Source: Bigelowiella natans CCMP2755 (Eukaryota > Protista > Cercozoa). Taken from it: a DNA stretch of 34,759 nt. The DNA lies in the NCBI GenBank assembly GCA_000320545.1, contig ADNK01003222.1, positions 1-34,759 on the forward strand. Direction: 5' to 3'. The notes beneath the pieces are model-generated. The model was not told the origin of the DNA, ran no database searches, and was given only the letters and a program-made list of their open reading frames with translations. Shown one piece after another: positions 34,213-34,759 of the stretch; position 1 is the stretch's first letter, and each line of letters begins with the position of its first letter. Made by a program: the position numbers and the translations under genes.

Positions 34213-34680
34213 CATATCACCACAGTAAGCTTACTACTACACCAACTACTGTAGGGTGTATTATGTCTTGGCATCGTTGTATGTAGTAGTAGTCGTCGTT
34301 GTTGTTGTTGTGTCGAGTAGTTGGATTAGTACAGCAGCAACAGCGAATATTCCTCCTTACGCCATCTGTCACGTCGTTACTTCTTCAATAATTAACATAC
34401 CTCCTTCATCCAACGAATAACTGTCATATCTGCGTTGTGGTACAAAATACTGCTGAATACACAGCTATGTTTGTTGCAAATTGATGTGTCTAAGATTCGG
34501 GAAAATTTGTTACGATTGGCGCATCATTACATGACGAGCAGTAATAGCAAGAAGTCAGAAGAAGAAGGAGCACCAGCTTCGTCGTCGTCGTTATCGTTTT
34601 CGTCTTCTTCTTCTTCATCGTCTTCTTCTCAGGAAGCCAAACAAAACGAGGAAGCTCTCAGGTATTTGATATGTTAATGA

Positions 34681-34715
<35 letters not shown>

Positions 34716-34759
34716 CGTAAGAAGAAGATGCTATCATACTTCGTCATCGTCGTCGCCGT
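30561..34759 (+). CDS. EF-hand + SAM domain protein; multi-exon, 3'-partial
   Basis: Putative ATG at 30561 (MAADRVYSLAELCSRFNAV). Exons 31649-31688 + 31970-32040 give QFELMDTDFDGKISKSEMRKHF (canonical 12-residue EF loop), with degenerate EF-like segments around it (IDEKQF, LCFQEFC, IYFEAL). 32779-32956 ends TIEGWDVHE; ~33413-33478, 33607-33651 and 33851+ give DWVLF..EQLRAEECDGLTLMEIEKAMLRQMGLSVSQANSIMSAV (SAM pattern). The junction after 32956 is not resolved. Confidence 0.72.
32536..32621. repeat. Tandem duplication of a ~44/42 bp unit in an intron
   Basis: atacagatagtattagcagca(tg)n tatcagtgttcac occurs twice, differing by one TG unit. Confidence 0.9.

Noticed and set aside
1-34759. CRISPR arrays, rRNA/tRNA genes, prokaryotic operons
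   Set aside because: None seen; repeats are simple microsatellites without spacers and the host genes are spliceosomal.

Overview
Eukaryotic nuclear DNA with intron-rich genes (GT-AG introns, many packed with di- and trinucleotide microsatellites). I read five units by hand-splicing exons: (1) the 3' part of a DENND4/CRAG-like Rab-GEF gene (+, <106-12521); (2) an apparently full-length non-LTR retrotransposon (-, ~12940-18490) with intact ORF1 and APE-RT-Zn-finger ORF2; (3) a 7-exon Na+/K+-ATPase alpha subunit (P2C) gene (-, 19335-23333); (4) an EamA/DMT transporter with a probable signal+transit presequence (+, ~24942-29037), hinting at an alga with a complex plastid (chlorarachniophyte-like is a guess only); (5) an EF-hand + SAM protein gene (+, 30561 to the window end). 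The most unusual signal is mutational. Both ends of the retrotransposon and a ~1.1 kb intergenic block (29229-30308) have lost almost all TpA dinucleotides (none in 686 bp; 2 in 660 bp; about 18 per 300 bp in the element's middle) and look TpG/CpA-rich. Surviving TpAs in the intergenic block are almost all in CTAG. This looks like a repeat-targeted A>G/T>C hypermutation process at TpA, the opposite direction to fungal RIP. All counts are manual and need computational confirmation. Most short ORFs in the track are microsatellite artefacts.
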